This document shows positions 9,022 through 17,132 of a stretch of DNA of 64,000 nucleotides, piece by piece. How positions within the stretch are numbered: the stretch's first letter is position 1; the number at the start of each line of letters is the position of its first letter. Below the pieces are notes generated by a model. It searched no databases and was not told where the DNA came from. It saw only the letters and a program-made list of their open reading frames with translations. The stretch is from Deltaproteobacteria bacterium (GTDB taxonomy: Bacteria; Myxococcota_A; Polyangia; Fen-1088): NCBI GenBank assembly GCA_033763315.1, contig JANRKS010000002.1, positions 320,001 to 384,000 on the forward strand, read 5' to 3'. The position numbers and the translations under genes were made by a program.

Positions 9022-11796
9022 ATGCGTTGTCCTAGGTTTAAAAACATTTTGCTTCTGGGCCTTGTGGCCCTTGCGTTTGCCGTGAGCGCGCGACCGGTGC
9101 AAGCCGAACCAGCTCTGCCGGGTGTGGCCCGTTTGCTTGAGGCCGCAGCGCGAAAACGTGTGCCCCTCGCCGTCGCAGCGGAGGCCTTGGCATCCGAACT
9201 ACGCTGCACCCGTTGCCACGCGGGTAACACAACTTTGGAAGTGCCACTGGCGCCGCCCCTGGCAGATGTTGGTACGCGCGTGTCAGCGGCTTATTTGAAG
9301 GCATTTTTGCTGTCACCCAAGTCCTTGAAACCCGGCACGTCGATGCCCGACATGCTAGCCGGCGTGGCGAATCCCCAAGCCGTGGCCGATGATCTGGTGG
9401 CGTATCTGTTGAGCCGTGGTGGCCAGCTGCAAACGGGCGATGATTGGAGCGATTCGTTTAACCGCGACGACGGTGAGGCGTTGTTCAGCAAATTGGGCTG
9501 CGTGGCTTGCCACGGCTCACAGGCCGTTGCGCCTGACGCTGGTGAAACGTTTGTCCCGCTGGGGGCGCTGGCCCGCAAAACCACATTGGGGCAGCTGGCG
9601 GCGTTCCTTCAAGATCCAGCGGCTGTTAGGCCGGGCACGCGCATGCCGAATTTTCGATTGACCGATACAGAGAGCGCGGCCTTGGCGACGTACCTTCTGC
9701 GCGAACAGTTGCCCTCCAGCGCCGCGGAGGCCGCTCGTTTGTTGAAGCCAGGTGTGCGCTACGAATACTACGAAGGCAACGTCCGCGAAGGTCCGCCGGA
9801 CTGGAAGTCGATGACGTTCGTGCGTCGCGGCTTCACCGACACCTTCGCTCTTCCGCCGAAAATACGCGACACCAAGATAGCTTTGCGCTTCGACGCGGTT
9901 CTCAATGTGAAGCGCGCAGGCACTTACACGTTTTTCACAGACTCGAATGATGGTTCTGAGCTTTCGGTCGATAAAAGGTTGGTGGTGAACAACCACGGTT
10001 TTCATGGGTCATTGGAGGCCCATGGAAAGATTGAGCTCCACCCGGGTTTGCATGCGGTTACCGTGCTGTTCTGGCAGGACGAAGGCAGCAAGGGGCTCAA
10101 AGTGTCATGGGAAGGCCCGGGCTTGACGAAGCAGCTGATTCCGGCTGAGTTGTTGTTCGCGGCAGGTTCGGCCGCAATGAAGCCGCTTGGTTGGCAGGCC
10201 AGCCGTGTGGACGCAACGCAAGCGCAGCGAGGCGCCGCGCATTTTGCGCAATTAGGATGCGCCAGTTGCCACGACAAAGCGCAGCCGAACGCAAAACCAT
10301 GGCGTGCACTTGTCCCTGACCGTGGCTGCTTGTCGCCGTCACCCTCGGCCACGGCGCCAAACTTCAACTTATCAAGCGTTCAACGAGATGCTTTGAACAC
10401 GCATGTCAGGACGCGTCCTTCAAAGAGCCCAACCGATGCCAAGGCGCGGGGGCTGCAGTTGTTGGCCACCCACAACTGCGTGGCGTGCCACGAGCGCGAC
10501 GGGTTGGGTGGACCGGCCGCTTCCGTGCAAGCCAATTTCTCCCAAACCGTCGAGGTCGACCTTGGTGAAGAAGGACGTTTGCCGCCCACGTTGACTGGCG
10601 CAGGTGCGAAACTGCGCACGCAAGCCATTCGTCGCATCGTGGGTCACGCCGAGTTGCATGTGCGGCCTTATATGGCCACGCGCATGCCAACCTTTTCAGA
10701 AGCGTTCGCGAACACGCTTTCAAGCACCCTCGCCAAAGCCGATGCAGGCAACGCGTTTACGCCGAAGGTGGCGCCGCACAAGACGCGCGAGGAGGGGCGC
10801 CGGTTGTTGGGATTGTCCTCCGATCCGGCACGCACGGGGTTTGGGTGTGTGAACTGCCATGCGGTGGCCGGACACCCAGGCCCAGGGACACCGGGGCCGG
10901 ATCTCGCGCTGGCCACGCAGCGTCTGAACTACGCGTGGTTCGAGCGATGGCTCGCCGGGCCGCAAGCGGTTCGCCCCAACACGCGCATGCCTGCTTTTTG
11001 GGGTGACGAACCGTTGTTGCCTGATGTGGCTGGTGGCTCCGCGGTTAAGCAACGCGCCGCCATTTGGGCTTACCTTGCCCAAGGTGCCACGCCCTTGCCT
11101 GAGGGCTTGATCGTAAAGAATGCCGCGCGCGAATTGAAGGTGGGGACCGAGCCCATTGTCTATCGTACGTTCGGCAAGCAGATCGGTCCTCGCGCGATCG
11201 TGGTAGGCAACCCGGAACTTGTGCACGTGGCGTTTGACGCGAACGTGGTGCGCATGGCGCAAGCTTGGCGGGGGCGCTTTTGGGATCCGTCGGGCACGTG
11301 GACGGGCCGCGCGGGGTCGTTCCTCGAACCGCTGGGCGATCACGTACTGCCTTTCCCCGTGGGGCCCTCGTTTGCGCGTTTGCCCGAAGCCAGCGCACCG
11401 TGGCCACAACCGAAGCTCGACTCGCGTGAGCTGGGTGGCCGCTTTTTGGGCTACCGTCTCGACGAGCACCGGCGGCCGGTGTTTCGTTACGTCTTGAACG
11501 ACGTGACGATCGCCGAAGCGCACCGCCCGCTTGTGTCTGCGCAAGGCTTTGGTTTGTTGCGCAGCTTCACGTTCGACAAGAGCCCTAAGGATCTGACGTT
11601 TCTCGCTGGCGAGGGCCGCCACATCGAGAAGCAAAGGGCTGGACGCTACATCATTGACGGCCGTTTGACTTTGGCGTTTACGGGCCCGGTCGCGTCAGCT
11701 GCGCGCGTGCGGTCGGCAGGCCACGAAACGCAGCAGTTGGTCTTGGATCTGCCCGCGAACTTGCGGTCGTTGCAAGTGGAGATGTTTTGGCCATGA
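9022..11796 (+). CDS. secreted multiheme c-type cytochrome with PA14 domain
   Basis: Signal peptide; five CxxCH motifs (CTRCH, CVACH, CASCH, CVACH, CVNCH), repeated P..MP distal ligand loops; PA14-like segment (YTFFTDSNDGSELSVD...GLHAVTVLFWQ...LKVSWEGPG). Confidence 0.88.
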   Translation: MRCPRFKNILLLGLVALAFAVSARPVQAEPALPGVARLLEAAARKRVPLAVAAEALASELRCTRCHAGNTTLEVPLAPPLADVGTRVSAAYLKAFLLSPKSLKPGTSMPDMLAGVANPQAVADDLVAYLLSRGGQLQTGDDWSDSFNRDDGEALFSKLGCVACHGSQAVAPDAGETFVPLGALARKTTLGQLAAFLQDPAAVRPGTRMPNFRLTDTESAALATYLLREQLPSSAAEAARLLKPGVRYEYYEGNVREGPPDWKSMTFVRRGFTDTFALPPKIRDTKIALRFDAVLNVKRAGTYTFFTDSNDGSELSVDKRLVVNNHGFHGSLEAHGKIELHPGLHAVTVLFWQDEGSKGLKVSWEGPGLTKQLIPAELLFAAGSAAMKPLGWQASRVDATQAQRGAAHFAQLGCASCHDKAQPNAKPWRALVPDRGCLSPSPSATAPNFNLSSVQRDALNTHVRTRPSKSPTDAKARGLQLLATHNCVACHERDGLGGPAASVQANFSQTVEVDLGEEGRLPPTLTGAGAKLRTQAIRRIVGHAELHVRPYMATRMPTFSEAFANTLSSTLAKADAGNAFTPKVAPHKTREEGRRLLGLSSDPARTGFGCVNCHAVAGHPGPGTPGPDLALATQRLNYAWFERWLAGPQAVRPNTRMPAFWGDEPLLPDVAGGSAVKQRAAIWAYLAQGATPLPEGLIVKNAARELKVGTEPIVYRTFGKQIGPRAIVVGNPELVHVAFDANVVRMAQAWRGRFWDPSGTWTGRAGSFLEPLGDHVLPFPVGPSFARLPEASAPWPQPKLDSRELGGRFLGYRLDEHRRPVFRYVLNDVTIAEAHRPLVSAQGFGLLRSFTFDKSPKDLTFLAGEGRHIEKQRAGRYIIDGRLTLAFTGPVASAARVRSAGHETQQLVLDLPANLRSLQVEMFWP

Positions 11797-13274
11797 ACAT
11801 GAAACAACTGCACGTGCGTTTTATCAGCTCGCTCATGTGGCTATGCGCGGCGTTGATGTTGCCTGGGCTCGTCCACGCAGAGGTCGAAGAAGATTTTTAT
11901 CCCATTACGGCCTTTGAACCCGGCGGCATCGAGCTGGAAGTGTCGGGCTTGACGGTGCTCGCCGATAATCGCCCGCTTGTGGCCACACGCGGCGGCGAAG
12001 TGTTCCTTGTGGAAGGAGCCCACGGAGATCCCAAGGCGGCGAAGTTCAAACCGTTTGCTTTCGGCCTCTCGACACCGCTTGGTCTGCTGGAGCAAAGCGA
12101 CGGCATCTATGTGGCCCAGCGAGGCGAGCTGACGCGGATGAAGGACACCGACGGCGATGGCCGCGCTGATTGGTTTGACACCATCTCGGATCAGTGGGAA
12201 TTGGGCGGCAATTATCACGAATACGCGTTTGGCCCGGTGATAGACAAACAAGGCATGATGTGGGTGACGCTGAACAAGCCGTTTGGTGATCAGCCTTATG
12301 GTGACGTGCCTTGGCGCGGCTGGGCGATGCGCATCGATCCAAAGACAGGCGCCACAACGCCTGTGGCCGCCGGCTTGCGCAGCCCTTCGGGCATCGAAGT
12401 GAGTCCCGCCGGCGACGTATTTTATTCAGACAACCAAGGCGAATGGTGCAACGCCTCGAAACTTTCGCAGCTTGAGCCAGGGGATTTTCACGGGCATCCG
12501 TTTGGTTCACGGTCCGCCAGCTTGCCCCGTTCAACGCTCCACGCGCCGTTGGAAAAGGATCTGCCTGCGGCCGCGTATATGAAGGATCTGTCGCGGACGA
12601 TCCCCAATTTCAAAATGCCAGCCGTGTGGCTGCCCTACGACAAGGCTGGCCAGAGCCCCACCGGCTTTCGTTGGGACACCACGGGCGGAAAATTCGGCCC
12701 CTTCGCGGGCCAAGTGTTCCTGGGCGATCAACATCATGCGTCCCTGCTGCGAATCTCTTTGGAAAAGATCAAAGGGCGTTGGCAAGGCGCGGTCTATCCG
12801 TTCCTCGAAGGCTTTCAAAGCGGGCTTGTGCGCGTGGCGTTTAGCAAAGATGGCGCTTTGTTTGCCGGCATGACGAACGCAGGTTGGGGCGGGCGGGGCA
12901 CGCGGCCCTATGGCTTGGCGCGCGTGAACTGGACGGGCAAAGTGCCGTTTGAGGTCAAGGAGATCAAAGCCACCCCACGTGGTTTCACCGTTGAGTTCAC
13001 GCAACCCGTGAATGAAGCCTCGGCTCGCGCAGCATTGGCCTTCAAAATCAAAAGCTACACGTACCGTTTGCGCAAAGACTACGGTGGACCCGAAGAAGAC
13101 GTCGCCGCCCTCACGGCGCGCGTGGCTTCAATAAGTGGAACGAAAGTGGAATTGTTCGTCGACAACCTTCGCGCAGGTTACGTGCACGAATTCGATCTGG
13201 CGGACGTGCGGTCGCACAGCGGTGGCAAGTTGCTTCACGCCGCCGCTTACTACTCACTCATTCAGATCCCTTAG
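11793..13274 (+). CDS. secreted beta-propeller protein (glucose/sorbosone dehydrogenase-like, PVC-type)
   Basis: Signal peptide; DTDGDGRAD, NYHEYAFG, GLRSPSG, DNQGEW motifs; ATGA overlap with the cytochrome stop. Confidence 0.8.
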   Translation: MNMKQLHVRFISSLMWLCAALMLPGLVHAEVEEDFYPITAFEPGGIELEVSGLTVLADNRPLVATRGGEVFLVEGAHGDPKAAKFKPFAFGLSTPLGLLEQSDGIYVAQRGELTRMKDTDGDGRADWFDTISDQWELGGNYHEYAFGPVIDKQGMMWVTLNKPFGDQPYGDVPWRGWAMRIDPKTGATTPVAAGLRSPSGIEVSPAGDVFYSDNQGEWCNASKLSQLEPGDFHGHPFGSRSASLPRSTLHAPLEKDLPAAAYMKDLSRTIPNFKMPAVWLPYDKAGQSPTGFRWDTTGGKFGPFAGQVFLGDQHHASLLRISLEKIKGRWQGAVYPFLEGFQSGLVRVAFSKDGALFAGMTNAGWGGRGTRPYGLARVNWTGKVPFEVKEIKATPRGFTVEFTQPVNEASARAALAFKIKSYTYRLRKDYGGPEEDVAALTARVASISGTKVELFVDNLRAGYVHEFDLADVRSHSGGKLLHAAAYYSLIQIP

Positions 13275-13744
13275 CGACGTGTAGATGGCTTGCTTGTGCG
13301 GGCGTGTTTCGCACGCGCGTGGCGGCTCGGCGCTTTGCGTGCCGTGCCTGCCGGCCGGGTGACGGTGCTTGGCTTTTTCGCGGCGGCCACGGCGGGCGCC
13401 TTGGCTGGCGAAGGTTGGACCTCAGTTGGCGTTGGCGGCGGCGCCACGATCTGACTCGAAGGCTCCGCGGATTTGCGCGCTTGACCTCCGCGAAACGCCA
13501 ACACGGCGGCCAAGACCATAAACAGCACGCCCGCGGCGATGCCCAGCTTTTGATAGAGCTCAAGCGCCGCCAGCTGCCCCAGCCAGCGCCGCCACCGCGT
13601 GCGCGGCACGCCGATCACCTCGGGGGGCGCCGTCATCTCCCCGGCTTCGATCGCCGCGGCGCGCTCGAAGAACAGCTTCTCCATGCCGTCGAAGGTTCCG
13701 GCGCGGCCGGTGCGTGCAGGTAAGGGCGTAAGATTGCGGCTCAT
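13271..13744 (-). CDS. hypothetical single-TM protein with basic/Pro-rich tail
   Basis: ATG start, TM segment LGIAAGVLFMVLAAVLAF, fills the gap between + strand genes. Confidence 0.6.
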   Translation of the reverse strand: MSRNLTPLPARTGRAGTFDGMEKLFFERAAAIEAGEMTAPPEVIGVPRTRWRRWLGQLAALELYQKLGIAAGVLFMVLAAVLAFRGGQARKSAEPSSQIVAPPPTPTEVQPSPAKAPAVAAAKKPSTVTRPAGTARKAPSRHARAKHARTSKPSTRR

Positions 13745-13805
13745 TACGGTCGTCCGTGACTGCTAAAGGATAGCTAAGTTATGGAAAAAGCCCAAGCTGA
13801 GGACT

Positions 13806-13849
13806 TGCCAATTTGCATCGGCAGAAACGCCATCTGAGTCAAATTGGCA
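13806..13849. promoter_or_regulatory. 10-bp perfect inverted repeat (TGCCAATTTG-N24-CAAATTGGCA) in divergent intergenic region
   Basis: Read directly; function (operator, enhancer or hairpin) is inference. Confidence 0.45.
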
Positions 13850-13890
13850 GGAATCGCGGCCCAAAGGCGCTAAAAAGCGTCTCGTTTTCA

Positions 13891-13906
13891 TGGTCTTGCG
13901 TTTGCA
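13891..13906 (+). promoter_or_regulatory. possible sigma-54 -24/-12 promoter (TGGTCTTGCGTTTGCA)
   Basis: GG-N10-GC spacing with TTGCA -12 box; the -24 box deviates from TGGCACG. Confidence 0.3.
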
Positions 13907-13919
13907 CACAAGGTGTTTC

Positions 13920-15686
13920 ATGCGGCGATTGGCTTATATCTGTGTTTTTCTCAGCGTGGTCGGTTTGGGTAGCCCAACCGACATGGCGAAGGCTGCCACC
14001 GAAGGGGCTGAGGCCTTGGTGGAGGAAGACTTCACGTTTACCTTCGACAAGGAGACAGCTGCTGGCGGATACACCGCGCTTGGCAATTCCGACGCCGTCT
14101 TGAACACGCACCTCAATCAATCGCGGTGTCTGTGTGAAGAGAAGTTCCGCATCAACGTGGTTCTGAGCTCGGCTGGCCAGGCGAAACTTGGAAATGACAC
14201 CGTCGTGGGCCAGGTGATGGTTGGCGCCGGGTGCGAAAAGGAAGGTTCGAAGTGCTCAAACGTGGCCGGCGAATTCAAGTTCACTCGCACGGCGGGAACG
14301 CTTACAGCCGAGACGGACGCCAAAAAGTTGTTCACCGCGGTTGCCGGCACGAAGCAGGCCTGCAGCGAAGTCGAAGGTACATTTACGTTTTGGCTGAAGC
14401 TGTTGAAGGACGGCAACACGTTGTCAGCGATGCCATCAAAATCGCTCGACTTTGACTCGAAACCGCCTGAACAACCTTCGATCAAAACCGTCACACCAAG
14501 CAATGGAGCGGCCCGTGTGGAGTGGAATGCGGGCGCAAGCGGATCTTTGGCTTACTATCAGGTCTTGTGTTCACCGAACCCCGCCGACACTTACAGCCCT
14601 GCGTTTACATACTGTCCGGCAGATGCGTCGCAGGCGCTTTATAAGGATCTCAAGTTCTGCAGTGAAAGAGTTTCATCAAGCGCCGCGGACCACCGGGTGC
14701 TGAACCTGGAGAACGAGAAGCTATATGCGCTTTCATTGGTGGCCATCGACAAGAGCGGCAACGTGAGCCCGGTGTCTGCAGACGTGCGGGTCACGCCCGC
14801 GCCTTCGACCAGTTTTCACGATCTATACAAAGAGAACGCGGGACAAGCGGAAGGCGGTTGCCAGATCGGGGCACGTGGTGGAGCGCCCAGCGTTGGGGCA
14901 CTGTGGTTTGCGATGATGGGTTTGTTTGCGGTGTTTCGGCCCTTGAGACGGCACCGAACGAAAGCCGCGCTCTTGCTCTTGGCTTTGGCTTACGGGTGGT
15001 CGCCGACGAACGCCCTGGCCGACACGTTGGGCATCATCGACCCGGCCCCTGCGCATGAACGAGACAAACTTGCGACGAGCGAACGCGGCTACAATCTGAA
15101 TTTGGGTGTTGGATTTTATCGACCGGACGTCGACAGCGAGTTCGGTGGCGACGGACCGTTCACGAAGATCTTTGGCAAAGATGATCATCCTTTGTGGCAA
15201 CTTAGGCTCGAACGCCTGCTGTGGCAGAAGATCGGCACGCTATCCGTGGGCCTGGGCGTCGGCTACTACGGCGTTTATGGCAAGGCGCTCACCAAAGATG
15301 GCGGGAAGAGCGCGGATGAAACGTCGCTGCAAGTTGTGCCCGTCACCGTGGATCTCGGCTACCAATACGATATGTGGGTGCGCCGCGGGTGGGGCTTGAT
15401 GCCGTTCGCTCGCGCTGGGCTCGATCGTGCATTCTGGTTCATGCGCGACGAAGATTCGATTGACGATAAAGGTGGCACAAACGGTTGGCATGCGGCCATC
15501 GGTTTGGCCTTTGCACTAGACGCATTGGATCCAGAATCTGCGCAGCAGTTGGACAGCGAGACAGGCGTCAATCACACGCTCGTCTACGTTGAATACCTTG
15601 TGCAGGATCTTTCAGGGCTGGGGAGCCGCCGACGACTGCAACTTTCCGATTCCATGCTTTCACTAGGCATTTCGCTGCAGATGTGA
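13920..15686 (+). CDS. fusion/polyprotein: Cys-rich FN3 domain + internal MYXO-CTERM + second signal peptide + outer-membrane beta-barrel (MXAN_2561/MXAN_2562-like)
   Basis: N-terminal signal; FN3 features (PSNGAARVEW, LENEKLYALSLVAIDKSGNVS); GGCQIG-TM-RPLRRHR; AALLLLALAYGWSPTNALA; barrel part with YRPDVDSEF, alternating beta-strands, ALDALDPESAQQLD..TGVNHT and terminal LGISLQM; start ATG 13920 after AAGGTG. Confidence 0.82.
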   Translation: MRRLAYICVFLSVVGLGSPTDMAKAATEGAEALVEEDFTFTFDKETAAGGYTALGNSDAVLNTHLNQSRCLCEEKFRINVVLSSAGQAKLGNDTVVGQVMVGAGCEKEGSKCSNVAGEFKFTRTAGTLTAETDAKKLFTAVAGTKQACSEVEGTFTFWLKLLKDGNTLSAMPSKSLDFDSKPPEQPSIKTVTPSNGAARVEWNAGASGSLAYYQVLCSPNPADTYSPAFTYCPADASQALYKDLKFCSERVSSSAADHRVLNLENEKLYALSLVAIDKSGNVSPVSADVRVTPAPSTSFHDLYKENAGQAEGGCQIGARGGAPSVGALWFAMMGLFAVFRPLRRHRTKAALLLLALAYGWSPTNALADTLGIIDPAPAHERDKLATSERGYNLNLGVGFYRPDVDSEFGGDGPFTKIFGKDDHPLWQLRLERLLWQKIGTLSVGLGVGYYGVYGKALTKDGGKSADETSLQVVPVTVDLGYQYDMWVRRGWGLMPFARAGLDRAFWFMRDEDSIDDKGGTNGWHAAIGLAFALDALDPESAQQLDSETGVNHTLVYVEYLVQDLSGLGSRRRLQLSDSMLSLGISLQM

Positions 15687-15789
15687 AAAGCAGCAGGATG
15701 TAAAGAAGGCATCGCCAGTCGCCTTTCCGTTGACCCTCCAGGGTTCAAAACTATACTTGGGAGTCCAGCTTTGCTTGGATGCCCACCGA

Positions 15790-17082
15790 ATGCAGTTCTT
15801 CGCCGCGCGCCCTAAGACCCTTTGTATTGTCCTGGTTCTGGCGTGGGCGGCGAACCCACGGACGTCTTGGGCGCGAAAGATTGGCATCGGCGTGACTGAG
15901 TGTGGTGGATGCCACGAAGGTGGAAACAAAGCCACCGTAACGTTGACACCAACGAATACCAAACCAGCCTTGGGAGACACGGTTCGTTTTAATGTCTCCA
16001 TCGAGGCACCCAACGTCAAGGGCGGTGGCATGTACTTGGAAGCCTTGTCCACGGAGCTTGAGCCCAAGCCGCTCGGCACGTTGACCTTGGTGGCCGGGCA
16101 GGGGTTGCGAACGGAGGGTCAAGGCGTGACCCACACCATGCCGAAGCTTGCCGTGGGCGGGAAGGTCACGTTTGCCGTTGATTGGAAGGCGCCAGCGTCT
16201 AAGGCGGGCGCGGTGATCAACGTTTCTGGCATCGCCGCAAATCTAAGCGACACTGACGTCGGAGACGCCTTCGGCAAAGCCAGCGCGACACTTGCCGTGG
16301 GCTGCGACGGCGGTACGGACCATTGGGTTGATTTTGACGGCGATGGATTCGGGTCAAATGACGCGGCACCGGTCAAAGCGTGTGCTCCCGGCCCGGGCCT
16401 CGCGGCGAAAAAAGGTGATTGCAACGACACCGAAAAGAACGTTTATCCAGGCGTTTCAGAATCGTGCAACAACGTGGATGACAACTGCGATGGCTCCACC
16501 GACGAGGGGTTTCCGCAGATGGCGCTTTATACCGACGTTGACGGTGATGGCTTCGGTGCAGGCACGGAGATGAAGATGGGCTGTGGGGCCACGTTTGGTT
16601 GGGGGATCGGCAACAAAGACTGCAACGACAGCGTCAAGGCCATCAATCCGGGCGCGATGGAGATGTGCAACGGCAAGGATGATGATTGCAACGGCCGGAT
16701 TGACAACGGCGTTCTGCCCACCTGTGGCAAGGGTTTGTGCCTCCGAGAAGCGCCCAGCTGTGACAGCGCAAACTTGTGCAAGCCGGGCGCTCCGAAAGCA
16801 GAAAAGTGCAACCTGCTCGACGATGACTGTGACGGCGAGGTGGACAACGGCGCCGACATCTGCGGCGCGGGGCAAGCTTGTGTCGAAGGCAAATGTTCGG
16901 ACAGTGGCTCTGGTGGCGCGGGCGGCGAAGGCGATTCAGGTGGCGCTGGTGGTGGCTCGAACGACAACAACAATGATGGTGGCGGCGGCTGTCAAATCGG
17001 AACCGGTGGCACACCCCCTGCCGCTGTGTTGTTCACCTTGGCGTTGGGCGCTTTCATTATCGGTCGCCGCCGCAGGCGCTGA
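15790..17082 (+). CDS. MYXO-CTERM-anchored surface protein: CxxCH/Reeler-like domain + repeated D-x-D-G-D-G / DCND Cys-rich metal-binding motifs
   Basis: Signal peptide, CGGCH, repeats DFDGDGFG/DVDGDGFG..GDCND..E.CN..DD.CDG..D, Gly linker, C-terminal GGCQIG..AVLFTLALGAFII-RRRRR. Confidence 0.85.
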   Translation: MQFFAARPKTLCIVLVLAWAANPRTSWARKIGIGVTECGGCHEGGNKATVTLTPTNTKPALGDTVRFNVSIEAPNVKGGGMYLEALSTELEPKPLGTLTLVAGQGLRTEGQGVTHTMPKLAVGGKVTFAVDWKAPASKAGAVINVSGIAANLSDTDVGDAFGKASATLAVGCDGGTDHWVDFDGDGFGSNDAAPVKACAPGPGLAAKKGDCNDTEKNVYPGVSESCNNVDDNCDGSTDEGFPQMALYTDVDGDGFGAGTEMKMGCGATFGWGIGNKDCNDSVKAINPGAMEMCNGKDDDCNGRIDNGVLPTCGKGLCLREAPSCDSANLCKPGAPKAEKCNLLDDDCDGEVDNGADICGAGQACVEGKCSDSGSGGAGGEGDSGGAGGGSNDNNNDGGGGCQIGTGGTPPAAVLFTLALGAFIIGRRRRR

Positions 17083-17102
17083 CGCCCGAGGCGCGGACGA
17101 AG

Positions 17103-17130
17103 GCAAACGCTGCATTTGTGCCGCGTTTGC
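17103..17130. terminator. hairpin between convergent genes, possible bidirectional terminator
   Basis: GCAAACGC-N12-GCGTTTGC perfect 8-bp stem in a 50-bp convergent gap; no strong U-tract. Confidence 0.45.
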
Positions 17131-17132
17131 GC

